Shown here in pieces: positions 34,926 through 49,619 of a DNA stretch of 64,000 nucleotides. Position 1 is the first letter of the stretch; every line of letters begins with the position of its first letter. The notes below the pieces were generated by a model. It made no database searches and was not told the origin of the DNA. It saw only the letters and a program-made list of their open reading frames with translations. The position numbers and the translations under genes were made by a program. The DNA is from the human T2T-CHM13v2.0 reference genome, Homo sapiens, in assembly GCF_009914755.1 (NCBI RefSeq), contig NC_060926.1; one strand, 5' to 3'.

Positions 34926-37900
34926 AAGCCATTTATCACATGATAAAAAGTTTGACAGCTCCCAACCACTACAACCATGTTTGGATAACTGCTGAATCTC
35001 CTATGCCTAAAACAGAACATGGTACACAGGAGTTCAATAAATATTTGTTGAATGAATGAGTGAATAAATGAATGAGACTGCAAGTGAGGGAAAAAAAAAA
35101 CTGTGGATGCTAAGAGGTTAGCCAAGCTAAATCATTAGCTGAATAATGCCTTCCTGCATGGAATTTAGCAGGAATTAAGATTATGTCTTGGCAAAATTAC
35201 AAAATAACTCTATACTCCATGGACCTCTAAAAGTCACTCACAAATAGTAAAAATCACAAGTGTTAAAAGTCACAAATGTCAAAACCCACAAAATCCAGCA
35301 ACTTTTAAATAATTATCTCTTTCTTAAGGGAAAAATAATAAAGTATCAAAACTAGGGAAGCAAATTATTTGTTTAAGTAAGGAATGCATTATTAGTGAGA
35401 TTAAAGGCCATCAAATGAAAAAAAATACCAGACACACATTAGAACATGGTCTATAGGCAATCCAATGCTCTAGCACTAAATCAGAGGTGATTCTAATTTT
35501 GCTATTTTAATAACTAAAGTTTTTTGTGTAAGGTCCAAGACAAATTGTACTCTATAACAAAGTGGGTATAACAAGCTTCTATTCTTTTTACAATAACATT
35601 TTTCAACATAGCATCTCAATAGATAATACCTACATAACAAGAAATTGAAGGCATTCTTTCTCTTCCTCCTAATAATCTCATTCAAATCATATCACTATGA
35701 ATTGCCTGGGTACTTGGCTTTAAAATATTGTATTACTGTAAGCTTGAAATTCAAGCTCTGGATAGGTCTACATTCATTTCAGCAGAAGCATCTTGAAATG
35801 CTGAATTATCATCTTCAATTTTCTTCATTTATTGCAGCTGCCAAACTGAAATGGTACACCTTAAAGGCAACACTAAACTGAAAAGCAAATAATAAAAGAG
35901 TCTCTTAAATGTTTCATTTATAAAAGCTTATTTTTCCCCCATCAAATTTTGTATACTGTCTGAAATATATCACTTTACAAAACTGACATCTTGCATACAG
36001 TTATTCTGCTATGATAGATTTGCTAAACTTCAAGGCTAATTGTGGGGAGAGGGAGTAAAAACCAGCATCTCGTTTCAACCTTTTAAGAACAGATGACTAA
36101 CACAGAGCTGGTGGCTTTAGGTTTCTAGCTGGGCAGGGAGTTGGGAGATATAAAGTTAAAAATTAAACCTCAATTGCCAATAGCTATCACTATAGCTCTC
36201 TCTTTTCTGAACACTTTACTAATCTTTCTGGCTGTGTTAAAAATTATGCCATAATCTCAGACTTCTTGAGGGAATAATAAAAAGTTATGCCATAAATAAG
36301 CACTTTAAAAAGGCACATCAAGTCAGAGGGTGGCTATTCTAAAGAGTAGTCTATGGCTGTACACCCACTTTGATAGGAAAATGAATATGCAAACCAAAAA
36401 ACATTCAAATCATTTTCTTGAAAGCCCGCTAACAGGTAATATAATAGCAAATTATTCAAATGAAACAAATCTACAGAATTCCATTATAAAATCCTGTATA
36501 CTTTCTGCCAACATAGTTGTTAATGACAACTATAAAATGCTAATATATGAACAAAATATGGCTTGTATTTCCAAAACTGGAGAGTTTTAGATCAGAATAT
36601 AGGGAAAGATAAATGTTTATATTTGTAAATTATGTTCACGTCACATTGATATAAAATACGTTGCTACCAAGATCATTCAGGAAAAGAGCCACTGAATTTA
36701 TCTGAGCAGGTTTTCTAACTATGCTATGAAGGGAGAAAATGAGACATCAGTGCTTTTTCTTCCCTTTAGATACCAAATTTAGCTATTACATGAGGCTGAG
36801 TCACTGTTCACATCTTTCTTAGTTAATGTCACTTTGCAAAGCCAGAATTTCTGGTAACTTATTGAATAAAATTATAATTTAACTGTATGATAAACTGAGT
36901 GATTCCTAAAGTATCTTTTTCTCCAGTGACCTACTTAAGAAAAAAGTATTTACATTCAATACGCTGTCCATTTTTGAAGTCTTTCCTACACTTCTGGTCA
37001 ATTTTAAATACCTTATTTAGAAATAATGCCAATCCATTTCTAATTGCTAAGTAGAAGGATTTTTTAATCTACAGGGTATCTTAAAACTAATCAACCTGAC
37101 ATAACTTCCTAATTCCAGGAATGTAACATAATTCAAGCTTCAATTTTTCACTCAACATATTCTGTTTTACTAAAAGGATTTCCCACCTTACAACTATGAA
37201 CAAGAAAAAATTTGTACTTAAAATAATATTAAAATGCAAGATCTCATTATTTAGTACAAGATTAATAGACTATAATTCTAATCTTAAAAATATCTATAGA
37301 TGCAACTTCTCCAACTTGTTAATTCCCAAAGAGATTAATAAAAGATGTAATTAACATCTAAACTTAGAGCAGACTATCATGTGGAACAAACTATTTTAAC
37401 AAGAACTGCACCATAGTCAAATAGATCAACCACACACATCACCCTTTATGGTTCTGAATAAGGTTAATGAGCACAATTTGTCATAAATTTTCCCATAACT
37501 CTGAGAAACTGAATTGAATAAAAAGACTATTTTTTTCTTAACACCTTATAAAGATAGGATAAAGGCCGTAGTTATCGTCTTTGGAACGTTGCACCTAGCA
37601 CTGTATCTGGCAATATAAATGTCATTAAGTATATTTGTCAAAAGAATAAACAAACAACAAGCAAATAAGCAACCCAATGCACTACAGCCATTCAGCTCCT
37701 TATTACGTGCTAAGTATTTAAAATTATACATAATAAAATGGAATATACTCAAACTTTTATTTCTACCTAATAATGAAAGAATTACTCACTTAAAAGTTAC
37801 ACAATTTAACAGAACGTAGAGGTGCACTTTCATAAACCAATAACTTAGCTAAAACCAATAATGATTTTCTGCAATTGTATAACATTTTTCATTTAAGCTG

Positions 37901-38775
37901 TTTTTCTTTTATGAAATTAGAAAATATACAGAAATCCAAATAAATTTCTTTGCAATAAATAACACAAAGACAGGTACACTACACTTGATCTTAACAGTAA
38001 CACATTTCTCTCATGAAGAGGTTATTTTTAAAAATAGCTAGAAATTTGGAGACAAAGGCAAAAAAAGGAGTAAAATAACTATAAATGTTCACTAATGTTC
38101 TTCCACTTCAAAAACTGACATCAGAGACAGAAAAGACCTTCTGCGTCTATCAGTGACTTCCTCTTCATGTGTCATAGAAAGAGTTCAACATGCTTTACAA
38201 AATCCATTACATTTTAAGACCATTTCCAATATCTGCTATCATAAATCAAGAAATCCATTTATTCAAGGTTACTTATGGAGAATTAATCACACAGAAAATT
38301 TTAACAACTCCTTTTTCAAAAATTAAAGTACTTTACTATACTTGGCATTCCTACACATAATGATATGGATTCAAACACTGAAAGCATTAAGGGCATATAA
38401 TTAAAATTCATGGGCTTAGACATTTAAAAAAAGGTTTACTATGTAGTACTCTCTGTAACTAATATTCCAGAAAAATAAACCACAATACAAACACAGTGTA
38501 ATCTCCTTTGGACTTCTCATCTGCTTAAGTGGCATTAGGTAACTTAAGAAGTTGTTCCAAAACACTTGTATGTACTTGATACAGCCTCAAAAACATGAAA
38601 TAAAAAAAATCTGAAAAAAAATGAGATGAAAAGAACTGTGGACACCATGCATCAGGAACAAAAACTCAAGAATTTCTCTATTTGTGATGACTTCTAAAAC
38701 CTATCTTCCTAATTTGGAAGGCAAATTTACTCAAAAGATAAAAATACACAGGTCAGTTATACAACATTTTCAGCC

Positions 38776-38781
38776 TTTATT
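38776..38781 (-). terminator. Probable C1D poly(A) signal AATAAA
   Basis: AATAAA ~670 nt after the stop, followed on the - strand by a GU/U-rich element TGTGTATTTTTATCTTTT. Other AATAAA occur at 38859-38864, 38258-38263 and 37756-37761. Confidence 0.6.
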
Positions 38782-39381
38782 GAGAGTACAGTCATCATGC
38801 CAAAATTCATCCATCAACATACAACCTTATTTCCCATCTAAAGTTAATGAGAATGTATTTTATTTTAAATGGGACATAGAGGCAACATGCCAAGAATTAA
38901 AGTACAACCATAAAGTTTTAGTTTCACACTTTGAATATCAACAAAGCAGTAATTCCTAAAATCATGAAAACATGATAAAGTATCTATACAGAAAAAAATG
39001 AACATTTAAGTCATTTCACGCTTTCTTAATATCATATAGTGAAAACAGATGTACCTATAATTTCAGCCTACAGATAGCATACTTCATAAGGTCATTATTC
39101 ATTTAAAATAGTACAAATGTTTACAAAGAACATTTCACTTAAATTTCACAGCTGCTTATAAAATGGTACTTGCAAGACTGACCTATATAAAGAAATAAGA
39201 GTCTCATCAAGAGATGGTAAATTATAAATATATAATATATCACAATGTTAAAATCCTCAGTGCTAATCAATAAAGATAATGATCTTTGGAGAGGAAAGTA
39301 TTTAGCTTTACATATTTACTGTGAATTTACATATTAATAAGAAACACATTTAAACCTTGCCCTGCCACAGAATTATTTTGC

Positions 39382-39406
39382 GGGGGGGGGGGGGGGGGGG
39401 GGGGGG
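39382..39406 (+). repeat. G25 homopolymer (poly-C in the C1D 3'UTR)
   Basis: 25 consecutive G, directly visible. Confidence 0.95.
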
Positions 39407-39447
39407 AAGATGTACTTTTTGAATATGTGTACATCAAAACCAAAAAG

Positions 39448-39612
39448 TTAACTTTTACTTTTTCCTTTATTGGCAACTTTTGATGCATTTTTCGATTTTG
39501 GTTCCCAGAGGGCATTTTTTACAAATCTTGAAGCTGCACCTCTGTCCAGCTTGCCAGCCTTTTTCTTGTCTGTTATTTCCTTGACTCTGTTCATATATAC
39601 TCTGATTCTTTC
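39448..39612 (-). CDS. C1D: C1D last coding exon ([54 protein letters not shown])
   Basis: Matches the C-terminal part of ORF 39448..39663(-). Acceptor tctttaag|GAA at 39613; TAA at 39450-39448. Confidence 0.97.
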   Translation of the reverse strand, partial: ERIRVYMNRVKEITDKKKAGKLDRGAASRFVKNALWEPKSKNASKVANKGKSKS

Positions 39613-40419
39613 CTTAAAGATAAAAAACAAAGGCAATAGATTTACTAAGCTATTCGCCACCACTGAATTTTATTATACTGTACACCTTGGTTAAATTCAA
39701 CATATATGTATTTATTGCCTATTAAAGTGCATGGTGCTAGGAAATGCAAATGAATAGGATAAATACGCTCCCTGCTTGCCTGGAGTTCATAGTCGGAGGG
39801 TGGGGAAAGACAGATGTTAAAAAGTCATTTCAGAAGTCTTCTGTTTCCAAAGAGTTAGAATCACACTAAGACATTACTCCAGAAATAAACATCGAATTGA
39901 AAGTTTCTAGGTGGTTATACATTTTTGAAAAACACCATTAACATAAATCTACATATTAACTGTTTTGTATCTAAAGTAAAAAACCGGAGCTTTCATATAC
40001 TTGCAAAATACAAACTAAATTCTCCTGAAATTTTTCTAAACAGGAAATACATGAGGTAGTACTTAACTATCTTTTCACATTACCATCTAGTGTAACAATT
40101 AGGGAGAATGAAAATACAAATTATTCAATTTTATAATTTTGGTAAGTACATGAAATTTTCTAATAAAATATACAGTTCTAATCAGACTTTACAGGGTGAG
40201 AAACATAATATGTTGCTGTACCACTGTGAATCTTCTGAGACAATTAATCAGCATAAATGGCTATCTTACGCTTCAAATGAAGAAATAAAGTTGATGACAG
40301 CCATAAAACAGCAGAGTAAAAGACTGATCACTGCTTAAAAACAAGCTTTATTAAAATAATCAACATAGTTAATGCAGAATCTTAAAATGTTTTCATTGTG
40401 AAAGACTGGCAACTCTGCT

Positions 40420-40900
40420 CCACACTCTCTAGTGACGTCCCATTTCTGTCTGAATAAAAAAGCACAGTGCTTATGATGGTGGATACTAGCTACAGCACAC
40501 ACACACCAACCTGCCTTGGGGTCTTTGCCCTGCTTATTCCTCTGCCTAGAAGGATATTTCCTCAATTACCCATACGGCCACTTCCTCTCTTCCTTCCAGT
40601 CTACTCAAATGTTAACCTTGTCATTGAGGCCCTGACTTCAGCATTTAAAACTGCAGTCCTATCCAAGCACTCCAGTCCCCCTTACCCTACTCTTTTTCTT
40701 TGTTCCCATAACTTTCCAACATACTACATATTCATATATATTTCTTATTTGTTTACTTTATTATTTGTCTCCCTCCATTAGATACAGTCTGGTGTCTGCC
40801 ACAAGGGCAGGGATCAGCATTACTCACAGAGGAATCATCTCTCACTTGGAAATAATGCCTAGCTCCCAGTAAGCACTCAAATATCTGTTGAATGAGTAAA
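40420..40900. mobile_element. L2 fragment in the last C1D intron
   Basis: ttcctctgcctagaa...ctactcaaatgt...aagcactcaaatatctgttgaatgag resembles an L2 3' end. Confidence 0.6.
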
Positions 40901-41007
40901 CTGACTTTTCCCATTTGTGATACATACGGCAAATAAGTTTCCTATCATACACTAAGTCTGTGATCAATTAGTAACATCTACGCAAGGTCAGAAAAGGGGA
41001 ACAGGCT

Positions 41008-41322
<315 letters not shown>

Positions 41323-42546
41323 TCACCAACCCTTATCTAGAATATTAATGTACTACTTCAAAAGTAGATTCTGAGGTAGAAAGAAAACAAATGACCTTGT
41401 CCTTTCACAAAGACAGTATCAAGTATTCCAAATAACTTCATGTTAATGGAAAAAAGAGAAATTGTATGCAAAGTCTATATTAGGAAGTTGAAAACAGATG
41501 ATACAAGCCATCATTTTAAAGGTTTAAAGCCGTATCACTGGTCAAACCAAGACCTGCATATCATATTGCTTTATACTTTTGCTTTAAATATTTTTCACAA
41601 TTGTTTTATTTAAAAATAAATTTATTTTCCCCCCCAAGAACTTCAAAATAAGGAAATGTCTTAGACTACATGTTGAAAAACTGAAGACAACAGATCTGGC
41701 TTACTCATTTTTAAAAAGTAAAGGACCAAGTGCTTTACTAAGCTGTAAATAACATACATATCAACTACCCTAAAACTTGAGAACAAGAATACAATGTCAA
41801 GTGTATTTCATATCTATATTTGCCTTATATTTTATAAACACAAAGAATCAATTTATTAATATTCTTATTCATAAAACCAAGTCAAGAAGGTAACCATAAG
41901 TTTGATTTCTAATTTTTCTCTTCAAATTGAATGATTTGATTTAATTTTTGAAGTCAGCAAAAACTCCAAGATACCAGACCTTATATACTGTACTTATACA
42001 TCTAAATGGAATACAAAGACAAACCTAGAAGATTTATTACAGGTTGTAAATATGTCTAATGCAGAATTACTGGACAGTACACATACAGCTGGTGCCAAAA
42101 AAGCTTTTAGCTTTGTTGCTGAACTGGATTCTTTACTGCTGAGAAAATGAATTAATGGAGGAATTGAAAAGGTGGGAGGGAGAAACTTTCCCGTCTTTGC
42201 TAGTAAATCAACTAGAATATACTTTTAAGAACTGTACAGAAGTTTAAAAAAAAAAGTAGTTCTAGAGATAAACAGGATTTCAAGAATTTATAAGAAAAAT
42301 AATATGTAAATTATAAATAATTACTAGAATCGTAACATTTTCCCATTCCGAGATTTATATAATATATGGAATACCAATTATCTGAAAAAGGTAAGAGAAA
42401 AAAAAACCCAAAGATAATAAGGTCTGGCTCACTTTCATAATTTCAACTCGAATTCTGTTCTCCCTAATTTGTGTGACAAAGGTAGTGTGACAAACCTCAG
42501 GAATACAACAACAAACACATAAAATAAAAAGAAATTAAAATCTTAC

Positions 42547-42602
42547 CAATTCCTGTTTTACTGGATGTTCCTTAGGATTAACTCCTTGGGTTGCCAAATA
42601 AA
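42547..42602 (-). CDS. C1D: C1D coding exon 3 (VYLATQGVNPKEHPVKQEL)
   Basis: Acceptor tcttgtag|; donor TTG|gtaaga. 56 nt restores phase 0 (cumulative 261 nt). Confidence 0.97.
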
Positions 42603-42902
42603 CTACAAGAGAAAAATTTCATGGAATAAAATGGTGAATGTATTAATTTAAAACATTCCAATTAAAGAAACTAGTTATTCACAAAAAAGGAAAGTCCTAC
42701 AAACAATTAAACTTTAAATTATTCAATTTCCATGTAATACTAAATCTATGTGTGGCTCACTGGCATCTAGATTTAAAAATAAGTATCTATTAAAAGTGTT
42801 ATAAAGTATAATTGTAAATAAATTGTTAGCATTTTAAAAATAAATCATCTTTCACACAATAAGTAATTTGCTTTCTAATTAATTCCAAAGTAACACACAT
42901 AC

Positions 42903-42969
42903 CCCAAAACATTGAATTTAATGTGTATGCAGAAACCAAATCCACTTTTGCTTGTTCAAGTGGATCCAA
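42903..42969 (-). CDS. C1D: C1D coding exon 2 ([22 protein letters not shown]+1 nt)
   Basis: Long polypyrimidine tract and aacag| acceptor; donor GGG|gtatgt. 67 nt, and the frame continues from the previous exon. Confidence 0.97.
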
Positions 42970-43731
42970 CTGTTAAAAAAGAAAGAGAGAGGGAAAGAGA
43001 GAAAGTGAGACAGAAAAAAAATACACAAACTTTGAACACCATCTGATAACATTTGACTTTTACCAAGTACAATGTATCAAAGAAGTTTTTTTCACTTCAT
43101 ATAATCCAATAACCAAATGATCTGAAAATAATTTGTAAAAAGAAGTTTTCTTAATGAGTGACTTTTGTCCACACATTTTCACCTTAGGGTATCATCTTTA
43201 GTTAGACAAGGAAAGTGCATAACCCAAGAAAAATTCTTTTGAATTATTTTAATTTCGGGAGTTACGATCTGGGCTTTGTAAGTCAAAAGTAATTTATCAA
43301 TATAAACATTGTACATGATGCATTTATGTATAAGAAGCAGGCTTAGGCAATACGAAAGACAGAAGAAACATAATGAGATTTGTTTTAGACTGTCAAAGTC
43401 AATTTACTGTTTTTGTCCTATAGGGTTTCCAGAAACCCTGATAACATCATTGTAATACTTAAAAGGTCAAAGATAGAGTCTGTCAAAAAGAATACCGTGA
43501 GTGCTCCTTTTTTTTTCCAAAACTAAGTTAAAAACATAGTTAGGAGGTATTTCCTAAGGCTGGAGTTTTCTTTTGTTTTGTTTCCCCCCTAAAAATACCC
43601 AAACACTAATAAAATTGAAATAAAGGGGAAAAGGGGCATAGGTCATTAATCTGTTTCTTCTTCCACATGTTTCATAAAATAGCATTCTGTTTTATGAAAT
43701 TCATTTTTAGGAAATTACATTTTTAAAATAC

Positions 43732-43869
43732 CTTCTGCAACAACTCATTTCTAGAAACAGACATCATGGTCTTCAGCATCTCATCCACAGCACCAATGGA
43801 ATTCTCAAACGCTGACAAATACTCGTGAATTTCTACTGGATAGTCTTCATTAATTTCTTCACCTGCCAT
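43732..43869 (-). CDS. C1D: C1D first coding exon (aa 1-46, [46 protein letters not shown])
   Basis: Acceptor ttttttccag|TCAGCCATAATG (exon starts 43878, ATG at 43869). Donor AAG|gtattt at 43731. 138 coding nt, phase 0. Confidence 0.97.
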
Positions 43870-44128
43870 TATGGCTGACTGGAAAAAATTAAATTCTTTG
43901 AATTCATATTAGAGACAGAGCTTGTTCTTTAGTTTCCAAAAAAAAAAATCAATAGGTCATATCATGTATTTCAAAGGCACTAAGAGTTAAAACCTGAAGA
44001 CAAATCTTTTTAAAATTTAATTCTAGATTAACTACATTCCAATTTGTCCCCTTCTTAAGTTTCTTGGGGGGCTGTGGAAGAAGAACCAACCGAAGCCCAC
44101 TAATGCTATGCACACCAAACCCTCAACA

Positions 44129-44305
44129 TTTTTGTTTTGTTTTGTTTTGAGATGGGGTCTCCCTCTGTCGCCCAGGATAGTGCAATCACCACTCACTGCA
44201 ACTTCCGCCTGCTGGGCCCAAGCGATCCTCCCACCTCTCAGCCTCCTGGGTAGCTGGGACTACAGGCCCATTGCCACCATGCCCAGGTAATTTTTTTGTA
44301 TTTTT
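44129..44305 (-). mobile_element. Partial Alu (right arm/FRAM-like)
   Basis: gagatggggtctccctctgtcgcccagg...gtagctgggactacagg. Confidence 0.8.
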
Positions 44306-44909
44306 ACAGAACTTTTACAGAACTAAAGACATGATGACCAAACATGAGATAGCAATAATCAAAATCCTACATCTTAAAAACTGTTGAATTAGCAAAGCAA
44401 TTAAAGTTTGATAAATAGATCCCCTAATGATTGCTGAAGAAATGGTAAGCAAAGCACTTTTTTTAGAAAAACATGTATTTTAGTCCTTCTAAATATAGGT
44501 GTTGATCTAGGAGCATATTATATTCAACTAAAAAAGTAAAAATCTTAGGTCTAAAATACGTATCACAGAAATCATTTTTCAAGCCTATATATATTTATAT
44601 TCCTTAAGCTTCTTTAAAATATTAATAAGAAATCCAAAGAGTCTATAAATCATATAAAGCCCATAAGCAGAAAAGAGGAAACTTGGGGGAAATAAACAAT
44701 ATGGTTTTCATTTGTGCTAGTGCATACTCTGACAGCCCATGCTTTAAAAATTCACCTATATCAATGTATTATTAAAGTATCTAAGTCCAAATTTTAGAAG
44801 CAATTCCAAGCCATAGGTAACATCTCTAGAATAAAAAAAATTTTTTTTGTATTAACAGAAATACCTCCTTTATCACATAGGTAAGGAGAACAGCATGAAT
44901 GTGTATGAC

Positions 44910-45080
44910 AGCAAATAGCATTGCAGAATGGAAGTAAAGAGACTTGGGCTTTCTGTCTTGATCACTGACTTTGTCACCTGAGATAAATCATTGAATCTCT
45001 CTTGGCCTCAAAGTCCTCATCCATAAAATAAGGCAGCTGGTCTAATGATCTGTAAAGTTCCTTATAGTTCTAAATGTTAT
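44910..45080 (+). mobile_element. MIR SINE
   Basis: aaatcattgaatctctcttggcctcaaagtcctcatccataaaata core. Confidence 0.6.
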
Positions 45081-45439
45081 GATTACTTTTAAGTTTGAAA
45101 AGTACTATTTAAATATTTAGTGACAACATATCAACATTTTTTCTGAATGAGTATATTCCACTGAGACATTTGGTTTCATTAAAAAAATAAAGTGAAGTCT
45201 ATCTATTACTACTTGAGTTGTGAAGTTACTATCCAACTACTGTGCAACCAGCAGTTAAGGCGATAAGAAAACAAAACTACACAGAAAAGAACTGATTTCC
45301 AATTTCAAAAGGTTAACTGAAAATATGCACTTGCCGCTCATCCCTCCCCAAATCCCTACAATATGACAGATGAAATAGAAAAACATGAAAATAAAAATGC
45401 TGGAAACCAAGAAAAGCACAGATCTACCAGCAGACTTCA

Positions 45440-45817
<378 letters not shown>

Positions 45818-46729
45818 TTACAAACAAAAGAGAATAAGAATTTAGAAATAACTCCAAGAACAGAGCCATAAGCGCTGAAAATAGCTAACCTAATTTCCAG
45901 ATCTGTGAAAGGACAGCTCTAGCATTTATTGCCTAGATAAAGGTATAAGTATAGGGATATACTGCAAAGAAGACTTGGTTATTTTCTCACTTTATGTAGA
46001 ATTTTGAACCAATAAATTTGAAAATGTAAATGAAAACAATGATGTTCTTGGGAAGATATCAACTACCAAAACTAAAAAGAAGTACATAAACCATACAGAT
46101 CATTAACCACAGAAAAAGAATTACACAGTAGTCAAAGACCTACCCTACAAAGAGGTTCTAGTCCTAGATTTTACAGGTAATTTCTTTCAAACCTTCAAGA
46201 AACAGTTAACTCCTATGGTATTTAGCTGTTTAAGAATACAGAGAAAGATGGAAAACCTTTTTCATAACATACACAAAAATAAACTCCAAATGAATTAAAA
46301 ATGTAAACGTATAAACATATTAGATTATATCAAATATTTACATCATCTAAATGAAACCCAAATGCTATAGGAAATGGCTGACAAACTTAACTGCATAAAA
46401 ACATTTTTGAAAAGTCGTACATGGTAAAAGGATACCATAAGCAAAGTTAAAAGGCAAGAGACAGCCAGGAGAAAGTATCTGACAAAATATCACAAAGAAT
46501 TAGATAGACTAAATAAACAGTTCCTAGAAAGCAGTAAAACAAATTAAAATAATGAAGATATCATCACCTATCAGATTGGCAATAATTTTAAAGATTAAGA
46601 ATGTTCAGTGTTAGAAAGGGTATACACTGAAAGTGGAATATAAATTGGTACAGGTTTTTAAAATGCACATACCCTTTGACTCAGGAAATCCTTTTAAGAA
46701 TCTAGCCTATAAAAATCCTTGCACATGTG

Positions 46730-48550
46730 CTTATAAATTAAAATGTCCTCCTCAAACTTGTCTCTAAACTTACTCCAGTTTGTCATGTATCAAACTGTCC
46801 GTCTGCTGGACTATTACCCATAAGTTTAAATGTTTTATTTCTCCATCTAAGAAAGAAACAAACAAAAAAAAAATTTCTTGACTTCATATCACCCCCCAGC
46901 TAAGGCCCCATTTTCTCTCTTTTACAACAAACTCCTCAAAAGAGATGCTTATACTAACAGTCTCTAATTCCTTTCCTTCCATCCTTTCTCAAATCTCCTA
47001 CAAACATACCTTACTTTTCTCTCAAAATTGCACTTGGCAAGGTCACCCACACTACCACATGGTTAAATTCAATGGTCAATTCTCAGTTCTCCTTGAGTGA
47101 CACTGTTGACTGCCTTCTCTTGGTTTTCTCCGTTTCCTTTCTATCTCACTGGCTCCTTTCTTGGTCTCTTCGATGCATCCTTCTCACATCCTCAGCCCCT
47201 TAACCAAGTTTGAAGTGCCCAGAGGCTGTTCCTGACTCTCTTCTCTAATTTACTCCCAGGTAAACTGAGGGTTTTAAATTGCTTTAGTAAACTGAAGACT
47301 CCAACATTTGTTTCTCCAAACCTGACCTCTCCATTGAACTTCATATTTACATTTCCAGCTGCATACTCAATATCTCTGGTTGGATGTCTAATAAATTCTC
47401 AAACAGAACGTGCCCAAAGCCAAATTCCTAACCTTGCCTACTGCAGTTTTCATCATTTCATTTCACGGCAACTTCAACTTTCCAATTGTTCAGTCCCAAA
47501 ATTTCAGAGTGATCCTTGACTACTCTCTCTCACTTCATCTTTAATACACACCCAGAATCTAGCCATGTCCTACCACCTCTACTGCTACTATCCTGGTCCA
47601 AACCACCAAACCACTATCCTGGTCCAAACCATGCCTGAATGCCCTCCTAAATAGCCTTCTTGCTTCTGGCCAAAGTCTATTATCAAGAATACAGAGAGAC
47701 CATTCAAAATGTAAATAAGATTATGCCATGCTTCTGCTCAGAAACTTCCAAAGGCTTGCCACCTCATTCGACATAAGACAAAAATCCTTACAGTGGGCCC
47801 GGCCTGGTGGCTCATGCCTGTAAATCCAGCACTTTGGGAGGCCAAGGCAGGAGGACAGCTTGAGCCCAGGAGTTCGAGACCAACCTGGGCAACATGGCAA
47901 GACCCCATATCTATAATTAAAATACATATTTATAGGCTGGGTGCAGTGGCTTATGCCTGTAATCCAAGCACTCTGGGAGGTCAAGATGGAAGGACTGTTT
48001 GAGCCTAGGAGTTCAAGACCAACTTGGGCAACACAGCAAGACCCCAACTCTATTTTTAAAATCAAAAAATAATAACTATTTATCTTTTAAAAATCCTTAC
48101 AGTGGGTTCAAAAAGCTCAACACAATCTGCCCTGACTGCCCGTCACCTTCTGTGACTTCATCTCCCACTCTCCCTTGCTTATTTCATTCCAGCCACATTG
48201 TTCTTCCCCCACGACATCAGGCACATGCCTACCTCCCTTTGGGCTTCTCTCCTTCCTAGAATACTCTATTCCTCTCTTCCTCCCTTACCAATACCTTCAG
48301 AGCTCATTATGTTACCTTCACCAGATCTCCACTCAAATGTCATCTATTGGTATCTCACTCTTAACCACCCCATTTTAAAATGCACACCCCTCCCCCACAC
48401 TCCCTATCTCCTCCCCAACCTTACATTCCTCAATATCAACTAACATATATTTATTTGTTGCCGGTCTACTGCCAAAAGGCAACTGCATGGGAGCAGGAAT
48501 TTTTGTGATCCGTTCACAAGCACTGCCTGACAGTCAATACATTTGTTGAA
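46730..48550. mobile_element. L2 fragments (interrupted by tandem Alu monomers)
   Basis: tcaatggtcaattctcagttct, ttggatgtctaataa, ctggtccaaaccacc and ...tcaatacatttgttgaa motifs typical of L2. Confidence 0.65.
47797..48070 (+). mobile_element. Two tandem Alu left monomers (FLAM-like; ~47797-47920 and ~47935-48068)
   Basis: Both units read ggc...gtggct.atgcctgtaa...cagcac...ttgagcc.aggagttc.agacca..ctgggcaaca; 17-bp direct repeat at 47781-47797 and 48090-48106. Confidence 0.85.
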
Positions 48551-49619
48551 ATAAACTATAACAAAATATTGGAAATAATCTAGATATTCATCGACAGGGA
48601 AACAGTTAAATGAATTACACCATATTCATCCTTGAGAATATTACATGTCTTCTAAAAATAAAGAAGTAAATCTATATATAGTGACACACAATGAGAAGGA
48701 AAAAGTCAGAGAACAGAGAACATTGTATATAACACATAATGTGCCTAATATATGCCATTTGGTTTTTAAAAAAAAATTGTATATACATACATGTAGAAAA
48801 AGGTCTGGAAAGAACATACAAAAAATAGACATTTTCTCTGAAAAGAGACAAGGATTAGGGAATAGGTTCAAAGCAGACTCATTTTTTTAACTCTTCATTC
48901 TTCATTGTTTACATTTCAAAAAGCACATATTAAATTTTTAATAAAAAACAAATAAAGGCACTTAATAAAGTATTTTGGCTCTTAACAAATACTGTATGTA
49001 TTTTTAAAAAACAAAAAAAGGTCTTTATTTAAATGTGAATTTTTTCATCAAATTTTCCTACGAGAAAATATTTCCTTTCTTCAGAAGAACATAGTAGAGA
49101 TTTTTCCTGCAATTATTCCCTGTCCCTAAGCCCCAATAAACAAGCAGTTATTTATTGTTAGAACAGGTTAGGGTGAACACTGAAAGCATGGTAGTAAGTA
49201 AGAATAACTGCCCTCATTAAATCTGAACTGAGCCACTTGCCTTTTCCCTAACTAAAAAAATAAAGACAAGGGGGACTAAAAAATAAAGGCTCTTCTATTA
49301 TGAGAAATTCCTCCTAATTCAATTGATTTCTACTAACACTTTATTATAGGCAGCTGCTGAGTATTTATTCCTTCCACAGAAAAAGCGCAGAAATTTCCCT
49401 CTGTCCCCTTAGCTACTCTGACCCCAGGATCAAGCAGTGACTCTACGATATCAGCAGCAAACTCTTGAATAGCACTGATTATGTGCCAGGCACTACTCTA
49501 AGCATTCCACATGCACTTGTTCATCTAAACCTCACAGATGAATAAACTGAGCCAAAAGAAGTTAAAGAACATGCCTAAAGTTGTACATGTTAAAATTTCC
49601 AAAGAAGAAAAGAACTCAC

